Below, piece by piece: positions 1-11,400 of a stretch of 64,000 nt of DNA. Below the pieces are notes generated by a model, which made no database searches, was not told the DNA's origin, and was given only the letters and a program-made list of their open reading frames with translations. Within the stretch, counting starts at the first letter, position 1. Each line of letters opens with the position of its first letter. Both the position numbers and the translations under genes were made by a program. Source of the stretch: a bacterium (GTDB lineage: Bacteria; UBA8248; JACPRG01; G963555815); contig CBDHDG010000007.1 of assembly GCA_965261595.1 (NCBI GenBank), forward strand, positions 128,001-192,000, written 5' to 3'.

Positions 1-1
1 C

Positions 2-799
2 CATGAGCTGCGCATCCCCATGACATCGGTCCGGGAGGCCCATCAACTCATGCTCGACGGCATTCCGGGCCCGCTGACCGCCGAGCAGTCCAAACTCCTG
101 CGGATCGCCCGGGAGGGAAACGACAAGATCCTTCGCCTCATCGACGACCTGCTGAAGCTGGCGAAGCTCGAGGCCGACATGATGAAGCTCAACCTGAGCC
201 CCTGGCGGATGGAGGCGCTGATCGACGCCGCGGTCGAGGAGATCCGGCCCATCGCCCTCCAAGCCTCCGTCAGTCTCCGGAAGGATCTGGATGGGAACCT
301 CCCCCTCATGAAGGTGGACGGCGTCAAGATCCAGGGGGTCCTGACGAACCTGCTCAGCAACGCCGTCAAGTTCACCCCGCCGGGCGGCGAGGTCCGCGTC
401 CGCGCGGGCTTGCGCCGAGCCCCGGCTTCGGCGGACGAGGTGCTGCGGGTCTCGGTCTCGGACACCGGAACGGGGATCGCCGGGGAAAACCTGGAACGGA
501 TCTTCGACAAATTCTACCGGGCGGAGGACGCGGCCAGCCGACAGGGCTCCGGCCTGGGACTGCCCATCGCCAAGCGGATGGTCGAAAACCACGGAGGCCG
601 CATCTGGGCCGAATCGCGGACGGCGGACACGGACGGGCCGGAAGGCGGCGGCCGGCGGCCCGGCAGCACGCTCCATTTCGAGATCCCCGTCGAGGAATCG
701 CCCGCTTCGGGAGAAAACGGCCGCCCCGGGACGAAACCCCTGAGCGCGTCGGGAGCGGCCCGGCATCATGGGGGCGGAGGCGACCCCTCTCCAGGTTGA
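2..799 (+). CDS. Sensor histidine kinase, C-terminal part (5' truncated by window edge)
   Basis: H-box HELRIPMT at window start; N-box NLLSNAVKF; G1 DTGTGI; F-box IFDKFY; G2 GSGLGL. Confidence 0.93.
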   Translation, partial: HELRIPMTSVREAHQLMLDGIPGPLTAEQSKLLRIAREGNDKILRLIDDLLKLAKLEADMMKLNLSPWRMEALIDAAVEEIRPIALQASVSLRKDLDGNLPLMKVDGVKIQGVLTNLLSNAVKFTPPGGEVRVRAGLRRAPASADEVLRVSVSDTGTGIAGENLERIFDKFYRAEDAASRQGSGLGLPIAKRMVENHGGRIWAESRTADTDGPEGGGRRPGSTLHFEIPVEESPASGENGRPGTKPLSASGAARHHGGGGDPSPG

Positions 800-821
800 T
801 CGCCCGCCGGCCGTCTGCGCC

Positions 822-851
822 TTGACATCCTCAAGACCCGAAACTTAGAAT
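822..851 (+). promoter_or_regulatory. Putative sigma70 promoter for the folD operon
   Basis: TTGACA-18 bp-TAGAAT, about 50 nt upstream of the folD ATG. Confidence 0.55.
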
Positions 852-898
852 TTCAATCCTGACCGCGCCGTTGCTCGCTTCAATTTCCAAGGAAAATC

Positions 899-1771
899 AT
901 GTCTGCGCAAATCCTGAGCGGGAAAGAAATCGGCCAGTCCATCCGCGACCGGCTCAAGGTCGAGATTGACGAGATCCTTGATACGGGCGCGCCCAAACCC
1001 CGGCTGACCGTCGTCCTCGTCGGCGACGATCCCGCCTCGCACGTCTACGTCCGGAACAAGCAGAGGGCCTGCGAAAATGCGGGGATCGACACGGAGGATG
1101 AAAGGCCCTCCGCCGACATCTCCCCCGACGCGCTCATCGCCCTGGTCGACCGGCTCAACGAAGACCCGGCCGTCAACGGCGTCCTCGTCCAACTCCCCCT
1201 GCCCGATCACATCGACGAGGCGGCCGTCCTCGAACAAATCCGGCCGGAGAAGGACGTGGACGGTTTTCACCCGATCAATCTGGGAAAGCTGCTTCTGGGA
1301 GAAGACGCCCTCGCCCCGGCGACGCCCTCGGGCGTCATCGCCATGCTGGACCACGCCGGACTCGGGATCCAGGGGAAGAACGTCGCCATGGTGGGCCGAA
1401 GCCGGATCGTCGGCAAGCCCTTGGCGGCGATGTTCGTCAACCGCTCGGCCACCGTCACCGTCTGCCACAGCAAGACGCGCGACCTGAAGGAAGAGTGCCG
1501 CCGTGCGGACATCGTCGTCGCCGCGATCGGCCGGGCCCGGATGATCGGCGCCGACTACATCCGCGACGGCGCCGTCGTCATCGACGTGGGCATCAACCGC
1601 GTGGACGACAAACTGGTCGGCGACGTGGACTTCGACGCGGTCGTGGACAAGGCGGGCGCCATCACGCCCGTCCCCGGCGGCGTCGGACCGATGACGATCA
1701 CCATGCTTTTGCACAACACCCTGAAGGCCTACCGATTCCAGACGCGGGGAACCGGCGCCCGCGCCCTCTGA
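899..1771 (+). CDS. folD: Bifunctional methylenetetrahydrofolate dehydrogenase/cyclohydrolase
   Basis: GDDPASHVYVRNK, VQLPLP, KDVDGFHP, TPVPGGVGPMT motifs. Confidence 0.97.
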   Translation: MSAQILSGKEIGQSIRDRLKVEIDEILDTGAPKPRLTVVLVGDDPASHVYVRNKQRACENAGIDTEDERPSADISPDALIALVDRLNEDPAVNGVLVQLPLPDHIDEAAVLEQIRPEKDVDGFHPINLGKLLLGEDALAPATPSGVIAMLDHAGLGIQGKNVAMVGRSRIVGKPLAAMFVNRSATVTVCHSKTRDLKEECRRADIVVAAIGRARMIGADYIRDGAVVIDVGINRVDDKLVGDVDFDAVVDKAGAITPVPGGVGPMTITMLLHNTLKAYRFQTRGTGARAL

Positions 1772-1785
1772 CGGACCCCATCGCG

Positions 1786-3177
1786 ATGACCTCGCCCGAC
1801 CTGTTGGAATCCGCCAAGCGGCAGGTCTACACCGTCTCGGCCCTCACCCGGGAGATCCGCGAGCACCTGGAGACGGGCTACCCCGACGTGTGGGTGGAAG
1901 GGGAGATCTCCAACCTCCGCCGCCCCGCTTCCGGCCATCTCTACCTCACCCTGAAGGACGAAAAGGCCCAGCTTCGCACGGTCCTGTTCCGCATGGTCGC
2001 CTCGCGGCTGCGCTTCGATCTCGAGGACGGCCTCAAGGTCCTCGCGCGGGGCCGGCTCACGGTCTACGAGCCCCGGGGCGAGTACCAGCTCACGGCGGAC
2101 CACATCGAGCCGATGGGCGTCGGCCCGCTCGAGCTGGCCTTTCAGCAAACCTGCGAGCGGCTCCGGAGGGAGGGCCTGTTCGACGAAGACCGAAAGCGGC
2201 CCCTGCCCTTCTTCCCGAAACGGGTGGGGATCGTGACCTCGCCCTCGGGGGCCGCCGTGCGGGACATTCTCCGGATCCTCCACGATCGGGCGCCCGGCGT
2301 TCAGGTCCTCATCGCGCCCGTCCGCGTCCAGGGGACGGGGGCGGCGGCGGAGATCGCCGGGGCCATCGCCGACCTCAACCGGCAGGACGACGTGGACGTC
2401 ATCATCGCCGGACGCGGGGGCGGGTCCATCGAGGATCTCTGGGCCTTCAATGAAGAGGGGGTGGCGCGGGCCATCTTCGCCTCGCGAATCCCGATCATCA
2501 GCGCGGTCGGACACGAGGTCGATTTCACCGTGGCCGATTTCGTCGCGGACGCCCGCGCCCCGACGCCGACGGCGGCGGCCGAGATGGCCGTCCCGAGGAC
2601 CGCGGAGCTGAGCGCGCGCCTCAGGGAGATCGAGGGGCGGATGGCGTCCAGGGTCGGAGCCCGGGCGGAGACCCTGCGCGGGGAGCTGGATTCCCTGATG
2701 GAACGGAGGCCGTTTCGGCGGCCCCTGGACGTGTTTCACGAAAAACAACAGGAGGTGGACTTCCTGGAGGAGCGGCTCCGGGTCGCGGTCTCCCGGGAGC
2801 TGAGGGCGCGGCGCGGGGCCGTGGAGTCGGCGGGCCGGTGGCTGTGGACGGCGGCCCCGAAGGGAACCGTGGCCCGGCTCCGCCTGAGAACGGAGGGCCT
2901 CGAAGAGGCGCTCTTCCGCTCGGTGGCGCACCGGCGCCGGTGGCTCCGCGAGCGGTTCGCCTCCCTGGCCCGCCGCCTTGAGACGTCGAGCCCCCTCTCC
3001 GTCCTGGGGCGGGGATACGGAATTTGCCGCCTCCTTCCGGACCTGCGGATCTTGAAGGAGGCGTCGGCCGCTTCGGTGGGCGACAAAATCCGCGTAGACT
3101 TGGGCGCGGGGCGCCTGGTGTGCGGCGTGCGGGAGGTCCATCCGGAGGAGGGGATCGGTGAAAGAGCCAAGCTTTGA
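1786..3177 (+). CDS. xseA: Exodeoxyribonuclease VII large subunit
   Basis: WVEGEISN, SGHLYLTLKD, RGGGSIEDLWAFN, SAVGHEVD, APTPTAAAE; start set at ATG 1786. Confidence 0.96.
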   Translation: MTSPDLLESAKRQVYTVSALTREIREHLETGYPDVWVEGEISNLRRPASGHLYLTLKDEKAQLRTVLFRMVASRLRFDLEDGLKVLARGRLTVYEPRGEYQLTADHIEPMGVGPLELAFQQTCERLRREGLFDEDRKRPLPFFPKRVGIVTSPSGAAVRDILRILHDRAPGVQVLIAPVRVQGTGAAAEIAGAIADLNRQDDVDVIIAGRGGGSIEDLWAFNEEGVARAIFASRIPIISAVGHEVDFTVADFVADARAPTPTAAAEMAVPRTAELSARLREIEGRMASRVGARAETLRGELDSLMERRPFRRPLDVFHEKQQEVDFLEERLRVAVSRELRARRGAVESAGRWLWTAAPKGTVARLRLRTEGLEEALFRSVAHRRRWLRERFASLARRLETSSPLSVLGRGYGICRLLPDLRILKEASAASVGDKIRVDLGAGRLVCGVREVHPEEGIGERAKL

Positions 3178-3424
3178 GGAGGCGTTGTCGCGCCTGGAGG
3201 AGATCGTCCGGGCGCTCGAGGACGGGGATGCGGAGCTGGACCGGACCCTTTCGCTGTTCGAGGAGGGGGTGAAACTCTCCAAGCTCTGTCACAAGCGCCT
3301 GGAGTCCGCCGAGAAGAAGATCGAGCTTCTGGTCAAGAAAGAGGGCAAAAAACCGGAGCGCCGCCGGGTCGACGAACCCGGGGGAAACGGGGAGACGCTC
3401 TCCCTCCTCGACGAGGCCGAATAG
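3158..3424 (+). CDS. xseB: Exodeoxyribonuclease VII small subunit
   Basis: SFEEALSRLEEIV...LFEEGVKLSKLC; follows xseA. Confidence 0.95.
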   Translation: MKEPSFEEALSRLEEIVRALEDGDAELDRTLSLFEEGVKLSKLCHKRLESAEKKIELLVKKEGKKPERRRVDEPGGNGETLSLLDEAE

Positions 3425-3468
3425 CCCGCGCGCTCAAGCGGAGCGGGGGGGGCTTCACGGGAGAATCG

Positions 3469-4365
3469 ATGACCGCGTTTGATCTGGACGCCTACATGCG
3501 GGAGAAAGCCGGCCGGGTGAACCGCCGGATCGAGGCCTTCCTCGACGCACCGGCCGATGAGAACGGCCTCTACGCCGCCATGCGCCACAGCCTGATGGCC
3601 GCGGGAAAGCGGCTTCGGCCCATTCTGGCGATCGCCGGGGCCGAGGCCGTGGGAGGGGACGGGGACGCCGCCCTCCCCCTCGCCGCCGCCCTGGAGCTTA
3701 TTCACACGTATTCCCTCGTCCACGACGACCTGCCGGCGATGGATGACAGCGACACCCGGCGCGGGCGTCCGACGAGCCACAAGCAGTTCGGCGAGGCGAC
3801 GGCCATCCTCACGGGCGACGCCCTCCTGACCCACGCCTTCGAAATCCTGACCGACCCCGAAAGGACGGACGGCCTGGACCCCCGGCTGATTCCAAAGGTC
3901 GTGTGCGAGGTGTCCCGCGCCATCGGGGTGGAGGGGATGATCGGCGGGCAGGCCGCTGATCTGAGATTCATGGGGGTTCAACCCGGTCCGGAAGACGTGC
4001 GGTACATCCACCACCGCAAGACCGCCGCGTTGATCCGGGTCTCCGTCTGGAGCGGGGCCGTCCTGGGCGGGGCGGACGACGAACAGGCCGGGGCCGTCAG
4101 CCGGTACGGACAGAACGTCGGCTTGGCTTTTCAGATCGTGGATGATATATTGGATGAAATGGGAGGCTCCCAACGGCTTGGAAAAACAGCGGGAAGCGAC
4201 CGGGAAGCCGGAAAGGCCACCTATCCCAAGGTCTTCGGAATCGGCGAATCCCGGAAGCTCGCGCGCGATCTCGTGGATTCAGCGCTTTCGGAGCTGGCCG
4301 CATTCGGGCAAGGGGCCGAGCCGCTTCGAAGCGTCGCGCGGTTTATTGTGGCCAGGGATTTCTGA
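3469..4365 (+). CDS. ispA: Farnesyl/geranylgeranyl diphosphate synthase
   Basis: GKRLRP, HDDLPAMDD..RRG, FQIVDDILD motifs; xseB-ispA-dxs synteny. Confidence 0.95.
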   Translation: MTAFDLDAYMREKAGRVNRRIEAFLDAPADENGLYAAMRHSLMAAGKRLRPILAIAGAEAVGGDGDAALPLAAALELIHTYSLVHDDLPAMDDSDTRRGRPTSHKQFGEATAILTGDALLTHAFEILTDPERTDGLDPRLIPKVVCEVSRAIGVEGMIGGQAADLRFMGVQPGPEDVRYIHHRKTAALIRVSVWSGAVLGGADDEQAGAVSRYGQNVGLAFQIVDDILDEMGGSQRLGKTAGSDREAGKATYPKVFGIGESRKLARDLVDSALSELAAFGQGAEPLRSVARFIVARDF

Positions 4366-4511
4366 TCGCCATGGACCTTTTCCCTTGTGCGGATAAAACG
4401 GGCGAATCGGAGAACGAAGGCTCCCGTCTCCGCCCTTATCTCCCCCAAGTTTCTCCGGCTCGGTGTTCAGCCCTTTTCGTTCCGCATGGCTGCCAGGAGC
4501 GCTAACCGGAA

Positions 4512-6482
4512 ATGTCCGAAATCCTCAACACCATCGACAGCCCCAAAGACCTGCGCCGCCTGACGATTCCGCAGTTGGAGCAGCTGGCCGCCGAGGCCCG
4601 GGACGAGATCGTCCGCGTCACCACCACCGTCACCGGCGGGCACCTGGGCGCCAACCTTGGCTCGGTCGAGCTCACCCTGGCGCTGCACTTCGTCTTCAAC
4701 ACCCCCGAGGACCAGTTGGTCTGGGACGTCGGGCACCAGGTGTACACCCACAAGCTCGTCACCGGCCGGCGGGAGCGGTTCGAAACCATTCGCCAGTACA
4801 AGGGGCTTTACGGGTTCACCAAGCGCGGAGAAAGCCCGTACGACATCTTTACGACCGCGCACGCGGGAACGTCGATCTCCACCGCCTTCGGCCTCGCCGA
4901 AGCCCAGGACATGCGGGGGAAGGACCACCAAGTCATCGCGGTCATCGGGGACGGGGCGCTGACCTCCGGAATCGCCATGGAGGGATTGAACAACGCCGGG
5001 GCCTCGGACACGAACTTCATTCTGATCCTCAACGACAACAACATGTCCATCGCCCCCAACGTGGGCGCCTTCTCCACCTACCTGAGCCGGCTCCTCACCG
5101 GACACATCTTCGTCAGTCTTCGCAGGGAGTTCATCAAGCTCCTGAAGCAGATCCCGGCCATCGGCAACACGGCGGTCAAGGTGGCCCGGAAGCTGGAAGA
5201 GGCGGTCAAGTCCCTCGTCTCTCCGGGCATCATTTTCGAGGAGCTCGGATACAAGTACATCGGTCCGATTCGGGGCCATAACCTGGGCGCCCTGATCCAG
5301 ACCTTCGAGAACATCAAACAGTTCGAAGGCCCCCTGCTGGTTCACGTTCTGACGGAAAAGGGAAAGGGATACCGGCCGGCCGAAGAGAACCGCGTGAAGT
5401 ACCACGGGGTGTCGGCGAAGAAACCCCAGCCCCCGGGCGGGAAAAACGGCAAGGCCGCGAAGCCCGCCCCTCCCGCGCCCCCCTCCTACACCGGGGTTTT
5501 CGCAAAGACCCTGATCCGCCTCGCCGAGCGCGACGAGCGGATCATCGGCGTGACCGCCGCCATGCCCGACGGCACGGGCCTCGACAAGTTTCAAGAGGTT
5601 TACCCCGACCGCTTCTACGACGTGGGCATCGCTGAGCAGCACGGCGTGGCCTTCTGCGCGGGGCTCGCTTCAGAGGGAATGAAACCCGTCGCCGCCATCT
5701 ATTCCTCGTTCCTCCAGCGGGCCTACGATCAGATCTTTCACAACGTCTGCCTCCAGAACCTGCCCGTCACGTTCGTTCTGGACCGCGGAGGCGTTGTCGG
5801 CGAGGACGGTCCGACGCACCACGGCGTCTACGACATGACGTACCTTCGGGCCTTTCCCAACATGGTCATCATGTCCCCGATGGATGAAAACGAGCTTCAG
5901 CACATGCTGCACACGGCCATCGAGCATCCGGGTCCGGCCGCTGTCCGCTATCCCCGGGGAGGGGGCGTGGGCGTCCCGCTCGACGAGACGTTCCGCCGGC
6001 TCGATATCGGCAAGGGGGAGATCCTCCGCGACGGCGGGCACGTCGCCCTGCTGGCCATCGGCAAGACCGTCCATCCATCCTTGGAGGCGGCGGCGGTCCT
6101 GGCCGAGAAGGGAATCGAGGCGACGGTGGTCAACATGCGATTCGCCAAGCCGGTGGACGCGGAGATCATCCAGCGTCTGGCCCGCGGCGTCCGACGGCTC
6201 ATCACCCTCGAAGACCACACCCTGCCCGGCGGGTTCGGCGGCGCCGTCCTGGAGTCCCTGGCGGACCAGGGCCTGTTGCGCAACACCCGGGTCCTTCGCC
6301 TGGGGATCCCCGACACGTTCGTGCCGCACGGCGCGCCGAAGATCCTCCACAGGCTCATCGGCATCGACACCGAGAGCATCGTGGAATCGACCCGGAAATT
6401 CATCGACAACTCCCGGTTCAGCCAGCATCAACCCGAGCTTCTTAGGACGGCGCCGGATGGGGAGAAGGCGGCGGCTCGATAG
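4512..6482 (+). CDS. dxs: 1-deoxy-D-xylulose-5-phosphate synthase
   Basis: WDVGHQ, GDGALTSG..NDN TPP motif, IAEQH, DGPTHHG. Confidence 0.97.
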   Translation: MSEILNTIDSPKDLRRLTIPQLEQLAAEARDEIVRVTTTVTGGHLGANLGSVELTLALHFVFNTPEDQLVWDVGHQVYTHKLVTGRRERFETIRQYKGLYGFTKRGESPYDIFTTAHAGTSISTAFGLAEAQDMRGKDHQVIAVIGDGALTSGIAMEGLNNAGASDTNFILILNDNNMSIAPNVGAFSTYLSRLLTGHIFVSLRREFIKLLKQIPAIGNTAVKVARKLEEAVKSLVSPGIIFEELGYKYIGPIRGHNLGALIQTFENIKQFEGPLLVHVLTEKGKGYRPAEENRVKYHGVSAKKPQPPGGKNGKAAKPAPPAPPSYTGVFAKTLIRLAERDERIIGVTAAMPDGTGLDKFQEVYPDRFYDVGIAEQHGVAFCAGLASEGMKPVAAIYSSFLQRAYDQIFHNVCLQNLPVTFVLDRGGVVGEDGPTHHGVYDMTYLRAFPNMVIMSPMDENELQHMLHTAIEHPGPAAVRYPRGGGVGVPLDETFRRLDIGKGEILRDGGHVALLAIGKTVHPSLEAAAVLAEKGIEATVVNMRFAKPVDAEIIQRLARGVRRLITLEDHTLPGGFGGAVLESLADQGLLRNTRVLRLGIPDTFVPHGAPKILHRLIGIDTESIVESTRKFIDNSRFSQHQPELLRTAPDGEKAAAR

Positions 6483-7263
6483 CCTCCTCGTGGAGAGGGG
6501 TTTGGCGGCGACCCGGGAGCGCGCCCGGGCGCTTATCCTCGCCGGCGTGGTCGAGGCGGGGGGCCGCCGCGATCTCAAGCCCGGCTCCAGCCTCGACGCC
6601 GAAACCTCCATCCAAGTCACCCGCGATCCGAACCCTTACGTCAGCCGCGGCGGCCTCAAGCTGGCCCACGCCCTCGATCGGTTCGGCCTCGACGCGTCGG
6701 ACCGCGTCTGGCTGGACGTGGGGGCTTCCACCGGCGGTTTTACGCACTGTCTGCTCGAAGCCGGGGCCCGGCGGGTCATCGCACTGGATGTCGGACGGGG
6801 CCAGCTCGATTGGAGGCTCCGGACCGATCCCCGCGTCGCCCTCCTCGAAGGCGTGAACGCGCGGCGGCTCCGCGGCGAGGACCTGCCCGAATCCCCCGAC
6901 GCGGCCACGGTGGACGTCTCTTTCATCTCCCTGCGTCTGGTCGTCCCCCCCATCGCCGCCGTCCTGAAGCCGGCCGGACGCATCGTCGCCCTCGTCAAGC
7001 CGCAGTTCGAAGTCGAGAAGGGGGAGGTCGGAAAGGGGGGCGTGGTCCGCGACCCGGCAAAACACGTTGCGGTCCTGCGCGGATTGATCCGGTTTTTCCG
7101 GGAAAGGGAATTCCCCGTGACCGGTCTGACCCCCTCGCCCATCACCGGGGCCAAGGGGAACGTGGAGCACCTGATCCTGATCGATTTGGGCGCGGAGGCG
7201 CGAGGGATTTATCCGGACGAGGAGGCGATCGGCCGCACGGTCGCCGAAGCGATGGAGGCGTAA
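6457..7263 (+). CDS. tlyA: TlyA-family rRNA 2'-O-methyltransferase
   Basis: S4-like RLDSLLVERGL, YVSRGGLKL, DVGASTGGFT, LVKPQFE, SPITGAKGN. Confidence 0.94.
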   Translation: MGRRRRLDSLLVERGLAATRERARALILAGVVEAGGRRDLKPGSSLDAETSIQVTRDPNPYVSRGGLKLAHALDRFGLDASDRVWLDVGASTGGFTHCLLEAGARRVIALDVGRGQLDWRLRTDPRVALLEGVNARRLRGEDLPESPDAATVDVSFISLRLVVPPIAAVLKPAGRIVALVKPQFEVEKGEVGKGGVVRDPAKHVAVLRGLIRFFREREFPVTGLTPSPITGAKGNVEHLILIDLGAEARGIYPDEEAIGRTVAEAMEA

Positions 7264-7268
7264 ACCGC

Positions 7269-7874
7269 ATGACCGGATTCAGCGACCTGACGGAGCAAAC
7301 AGGGGAAACGGCCCCGGCCGGGCCGGGGGAGACGGAAGAAGGGGCGGAGAAAAGCGCCCGCGGGGTCGTCCGCCGGGCGGCCCTGGCGGCGGCCCTGGCC
7401 GGAATCTCCCCCATCCCGCTGGGGGGGATCGCCGGCGTTCCGGCGCTCCAGGCGAAGATGCTCGTGCGTTTGGCGAAGACGTTCGGCCGGACCCTGCATT
7501 GGAAAGAAGCCCGGAACCTGGCCGGTCTCCTCGGCGGAGCCACGGCCCTTCAAACGCTCTGCCGCCTGTTCACCCGGACGGCGGCCCGGGCGATTCCGGC
7601 CGCCGGCCTCGCGGCGGGAGCGGCGTCGGCCTTCGGTTCGACGTTTGCGCTCGGACAGGTGGCCATCCGGTATTTCCGCCCGGCGCCGTCCGGTTCCACC
7701 ACCTCCCCCCCCTCCCCCTCCCCCCCCGGGTCCGACGCTGAAGGATTCGAGCGGGAGGCCCGGACCTTGCGGCTCGAATGGGAAGCCGGGGCGATCTCCG
7801 AAGAAACCTACCGCCGGGACCTCGAAACCCTCCGGAAGGGACTCGACTCCGCCCGGAAAGATGCCGAGGGATGA
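7269..7874 (+). CDS. DUF697/YcjF-like membrane-associated protein
   Basis: SPIP...LQAKMLVRLAKTFG and IPAAGLAAGAASAFGSTFALG pattern; in operon. Confidence 0.65.
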   Translation: MTGFSDLTEQTGETAPAGPGETEEGAEKSARGVVRRAALAAALAGISPIPLGGIAGVPALQAKMLVRLAKTFGRTLHWKEARNLAGLLGGATALQTLCRLFTRTAARAIPAAGLAAGAASAFGSTFALGQVAIRYFRPAPSGSTTSPPSPSPPGSDAEGFEREARTLRLEWEAGAISEETYRRDLETLRKGLDSARKDAEG

Positions 7875-8473
7875 TCCTCGAAGCACTCGGGGGCGTCGGC
7901 TTCTGGCTGCCTCCCGTGGCCGGTGCGGCCATCGGCTACGGGACCAACCTCCTGGCCATCCGGATGCTGTTCCATCCCTACCGCGAGCTTCGGCTCCTCG
8001 GCCGGGCCGTCCCGTTCACACCGGGGCTGATTCCGCGCGAGCGCGGGAAGATCGCCGAGACCATCGCCGAATCCATCGAGCGGGAGTTCCTTTCGGGCGA
8101 AGAGCTGGTCGGTCTGCTGAAGGATTCCTCCATCAAACGGCAGGCCGTGCGCACCATCGGGGACATGGTGGACGACAAGTTGAAGCCGTTCCCCTTGCCC
8201 GAGGCGCTGCGGCATTCGATCAAGCTCATCCTGTCGCGCGAGGTGGTGAAACAAATCGACGCCTTCTTCGAGGAGCGGGCGCACCACGTGGCCGAAAGCC
8301 TGGATGTGAAAGGGACCATCGTGAGCAAGCTCGACCGGATGGACCTGGCCGAGCTGGAAAAGCTGGTGTACGGCGTGGCCGGCAGCCAACTCCGGCGAAT
8401 CACGGTCTTCGGCGGGCTTCTGGGGTTTCTGATCGGCTGCGCGCAGGCCCTTGCGTTCCGGCTCGCGGGATGA
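7871..8473 (+). CDS. DUF445-family membrane protein
   Basis: GAAIGYGTNLLAIRMLFHP...GLIP; C-terminal QLRRITVFGGLLGFLIG. Confidence 0.85.
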   Translation: MILEALGGVGFWLPPVAGAAIGYGTNLLAIRMLFHPYRELRLLGRAVPFTPGLIPRERGKIAETIAESIEREFLSGEELVGLLKDSSIKRQAVRTIGDMVDDKLKPFPLPEALRHSIKLILSREVVKQIDAFFEERAHHVAESLDVKGTIVSKLDRMDLAELEKLVYGVAGSQLRRITVFGGLLGFLIGCAQALAFRLAG

Positions 8474-8477
8474 CGCC

Positions 8478-11400
8478 ATGACAAAGACCGGGACCCGGCC
8501 CCTATCGATCCTCACGGGCCCGTTTCATCCCGACATCGAGTCGGCCCTGAAAGACCGCCTGAACGAGTGGGCCGCCGCCAACCGGGCGCGGGGGTCTCTG
8601 ACGCCGTGCGCCCTGGTCGCTCCCTCCGGGGAGATGCGCCGTTACCTGAAACACCTCATCACGCTTCGGTGGGGGATGACGCTCGCCGGGGCGCACTTGC
8701 TGGACGTCCAGGGCCTGAGCCGGAAAATCGTCTCCACCGCCGGCGGGGATCCGCCGCCCGGTCAGGCGGACGATCTGGTCTTGGATGATCTCATCCGGGA
8801 CATCGTCCGAAACGAGAAATTTCCGGCCGACTGGAAGGCGCTCGTCCGGACAACCGGCGGGGCCGCGGCCCTCCGCCGCAGTCTCCGGGATCTCGAAGAG
8901 GCCCGCGTCCCGGCCCGCGTAAAGAACCGGGAGCCCGTCCTGCGTCTTCACGCCCTTTTTCAGGAGAGAAGAAAAAGACTGGGGCTGGGCACGACCAGCG
9001 ACCCGGTGGAGGCGGCCATCCGGGTCTCAGGGGATTCTGGGTTTCTCCAGTCCATGGACCGCGTCTTGTATTACGGCTTCTACGACATGACGCAACTCCA
9101 GATGGACCTCCTGGGGGCGGTGTCCTCCCACTCTCCGACGACGATGTTTCTCCCCTGCGCTCCGGGCCGCCGGGCTTTCGAATTCGCCGAGGGGTTTCTG
9201 GGGACGCTGGAGGCCCGGTTCGCCGGAGCGGACGCCCGACCCGCGGCGGACGCGGGGCAAGGCGAGGCGGCGGGGAAAAGCCCTCCAGCCGGGGAAGGGG
9301 ATCCGCCGCTCTTGCGGCCCGCGCTCGATGGGCTCTTCTCGGAAGAGGCGATCGGCCGACCGCCGCATATCGAGGAAGGGGCCCTGCGGTCCTTCACGGC
9401 CGCCGGTCCCACGGGCGAGCTTGAGATCGCCGCGAAGGAGATCCTTCGGTGGATTGAAGAAGAGGGCGCGGCCTTCGACGGAATCGGCGTCATCGCCCGG
9501 AACCTCGACGCTTATCTCCCCCATCTTCCGGCCGTTTTCGACGCCCATGCGGTCCCCTTCCGCACGCCGGAAAAGCGGCCCGTCTTCCGATCCCCTTGGG
9601 CGATGACGCTTCTCGCCCTGAACCGGGTCCTGGCCGGGGGCTATTCGAAGACCGACATCCTCGATGTCCTCGCCTCCCCGTATTTCCAGGCCGGAGAGGG
9701 CGGGGTCTCCGTCGGCGAGATCGCCCGCGGACGGGTGCGGCGGTTCGGCGTCATCCGGGGCGTCGAAGACTGGCGGAAACTCGCGCGAGGGGAACGAGCA
9801 ACCGGCGCTTCGGATTCGGACCCGATTGCGGAGGAGGAGATCGGCAGGTTCCAGGATGGGCTCGGCCGGCTGCTCGACGCCGCCGCGAGGCTCCCCCGCC
9901 GGGGCCCCTGGGGGGTCATGATCGATAAGTACGGACAACTGATCCGGGACGTGCTCGGTGGGTCGATGTTTGAACAGGAAGACCAAGACCGGCCGGAGGA
10001 GATTCCCCGCGAATCGCCCGAGGAGTCGTTGACGGCCATCTTCGCCGCCCTCGCGGACCGGGCGAAGATCCGGCCCGAGACCGACGCCGAAAGCTTTCTC
10101 GCCCGTGTGGGAGAGCACCTTCGGACGCATGAGGTTTCCCCGCGCGAGCCGGGCCACGCCGGGGTCGAGGTCCTGAACGCCATGGACGCCCGGGGGAAAC
10201 GATTCGACCGCATCGTCGTCATGGGTCTACAAGAGGGCGTTTGGCCCCGCACAGAAAACGAGGACCCCTTTTTAAACAACAAAATCAGGAGAGGTCTTTC
10301 CGATTCCTTCAGTGTCCACCTGCCGCAAAAATCGGCAGGCGGCGCGGAGGAGCGGCTTTTGTTCACCCTGGCGCTCGCCTCCGGGCGGCGGCGGGTCACG
10401 CTGACCCGGCAGCGGTCGGGGGAGGACGGACGGCCGCTGGTGCGCTCCTGGTATCTTCACGAGCTCGCGCGCGCCCTGGGCCGGACCGACGGAAACCTCC
10501 CGGGAACCGCACCGGTCCCCCGCAGGCTCGAAGATCGGATGGATCAGAGAATCTTTTCCGATTCCCTCTGGACCCCGGCGGAGTGGACGGCCCGGCTTCT
10601 GATCCACGGACACAATCCAGAGGCGCTGCACTCGATCCGGGGCCTCGAAGCGGGTGTTCTGGAGGGTTGTTTTGACGCCGGCTCGCGGCTTTCACGCCTC
10701 GGGTCCGATCTGACGGATCGGGACGGCATGATCGACAAACGGCCCGAACGGTGGAATGACCTGAAGGAAAAAGGGTTTTCCCCCACGGCCCTGGAGACTT
10801 ACGCCCGGTGTCCGTTCCGGTTCTTCGCGAAGCATATCCTCCGGCTGGAAGAACTGGACGATTTCGAGGAAATCGCCGAGCTGGAATCCCGGGACATCGG
10901 CGACCTGCTCCATGAGATATTCGAGCGGTTCTTTTCCAGCCGGGCGCACGACGCCCCCGCCGACGCCTCCGCGCCGCTCTCCCGCGCCATCGAAACGACG
11001 CTGAACGGTTATGAGAAAAAAGCGCCGGTGGGCCACCCGTTTCTTTGGCGGAGGACGCGGCGGACGCTGAGTGCGCTGGCCGAAGGCTATATCGGCCGGG
11101 GTCTTGAATTCCTTCGGGAGAGCGGGTTTCAACCGGTGGCTTACGAGAAACGGTCGGATGCCACCCTGCCCGATGACCCGGCCTTTCCCTCGATTCTGAG
11201 GAGGATGAAGATCCACGGACGCCTGGACCGAATCGACCGCAGGGAGAGCGAAACGGGGGTGGAGCTCCGCGTGGTCGATTACAAATACACCGCCGGCAAG
11301 GGCGTGCCCAAACGGAACCTGGAAGAGGAGACCATCCAGGGGCGAAGTCTTCAGCCCGCCTTTTACGCCCTGCTCGCCCGGGCGGACGAGCCCGACGCCA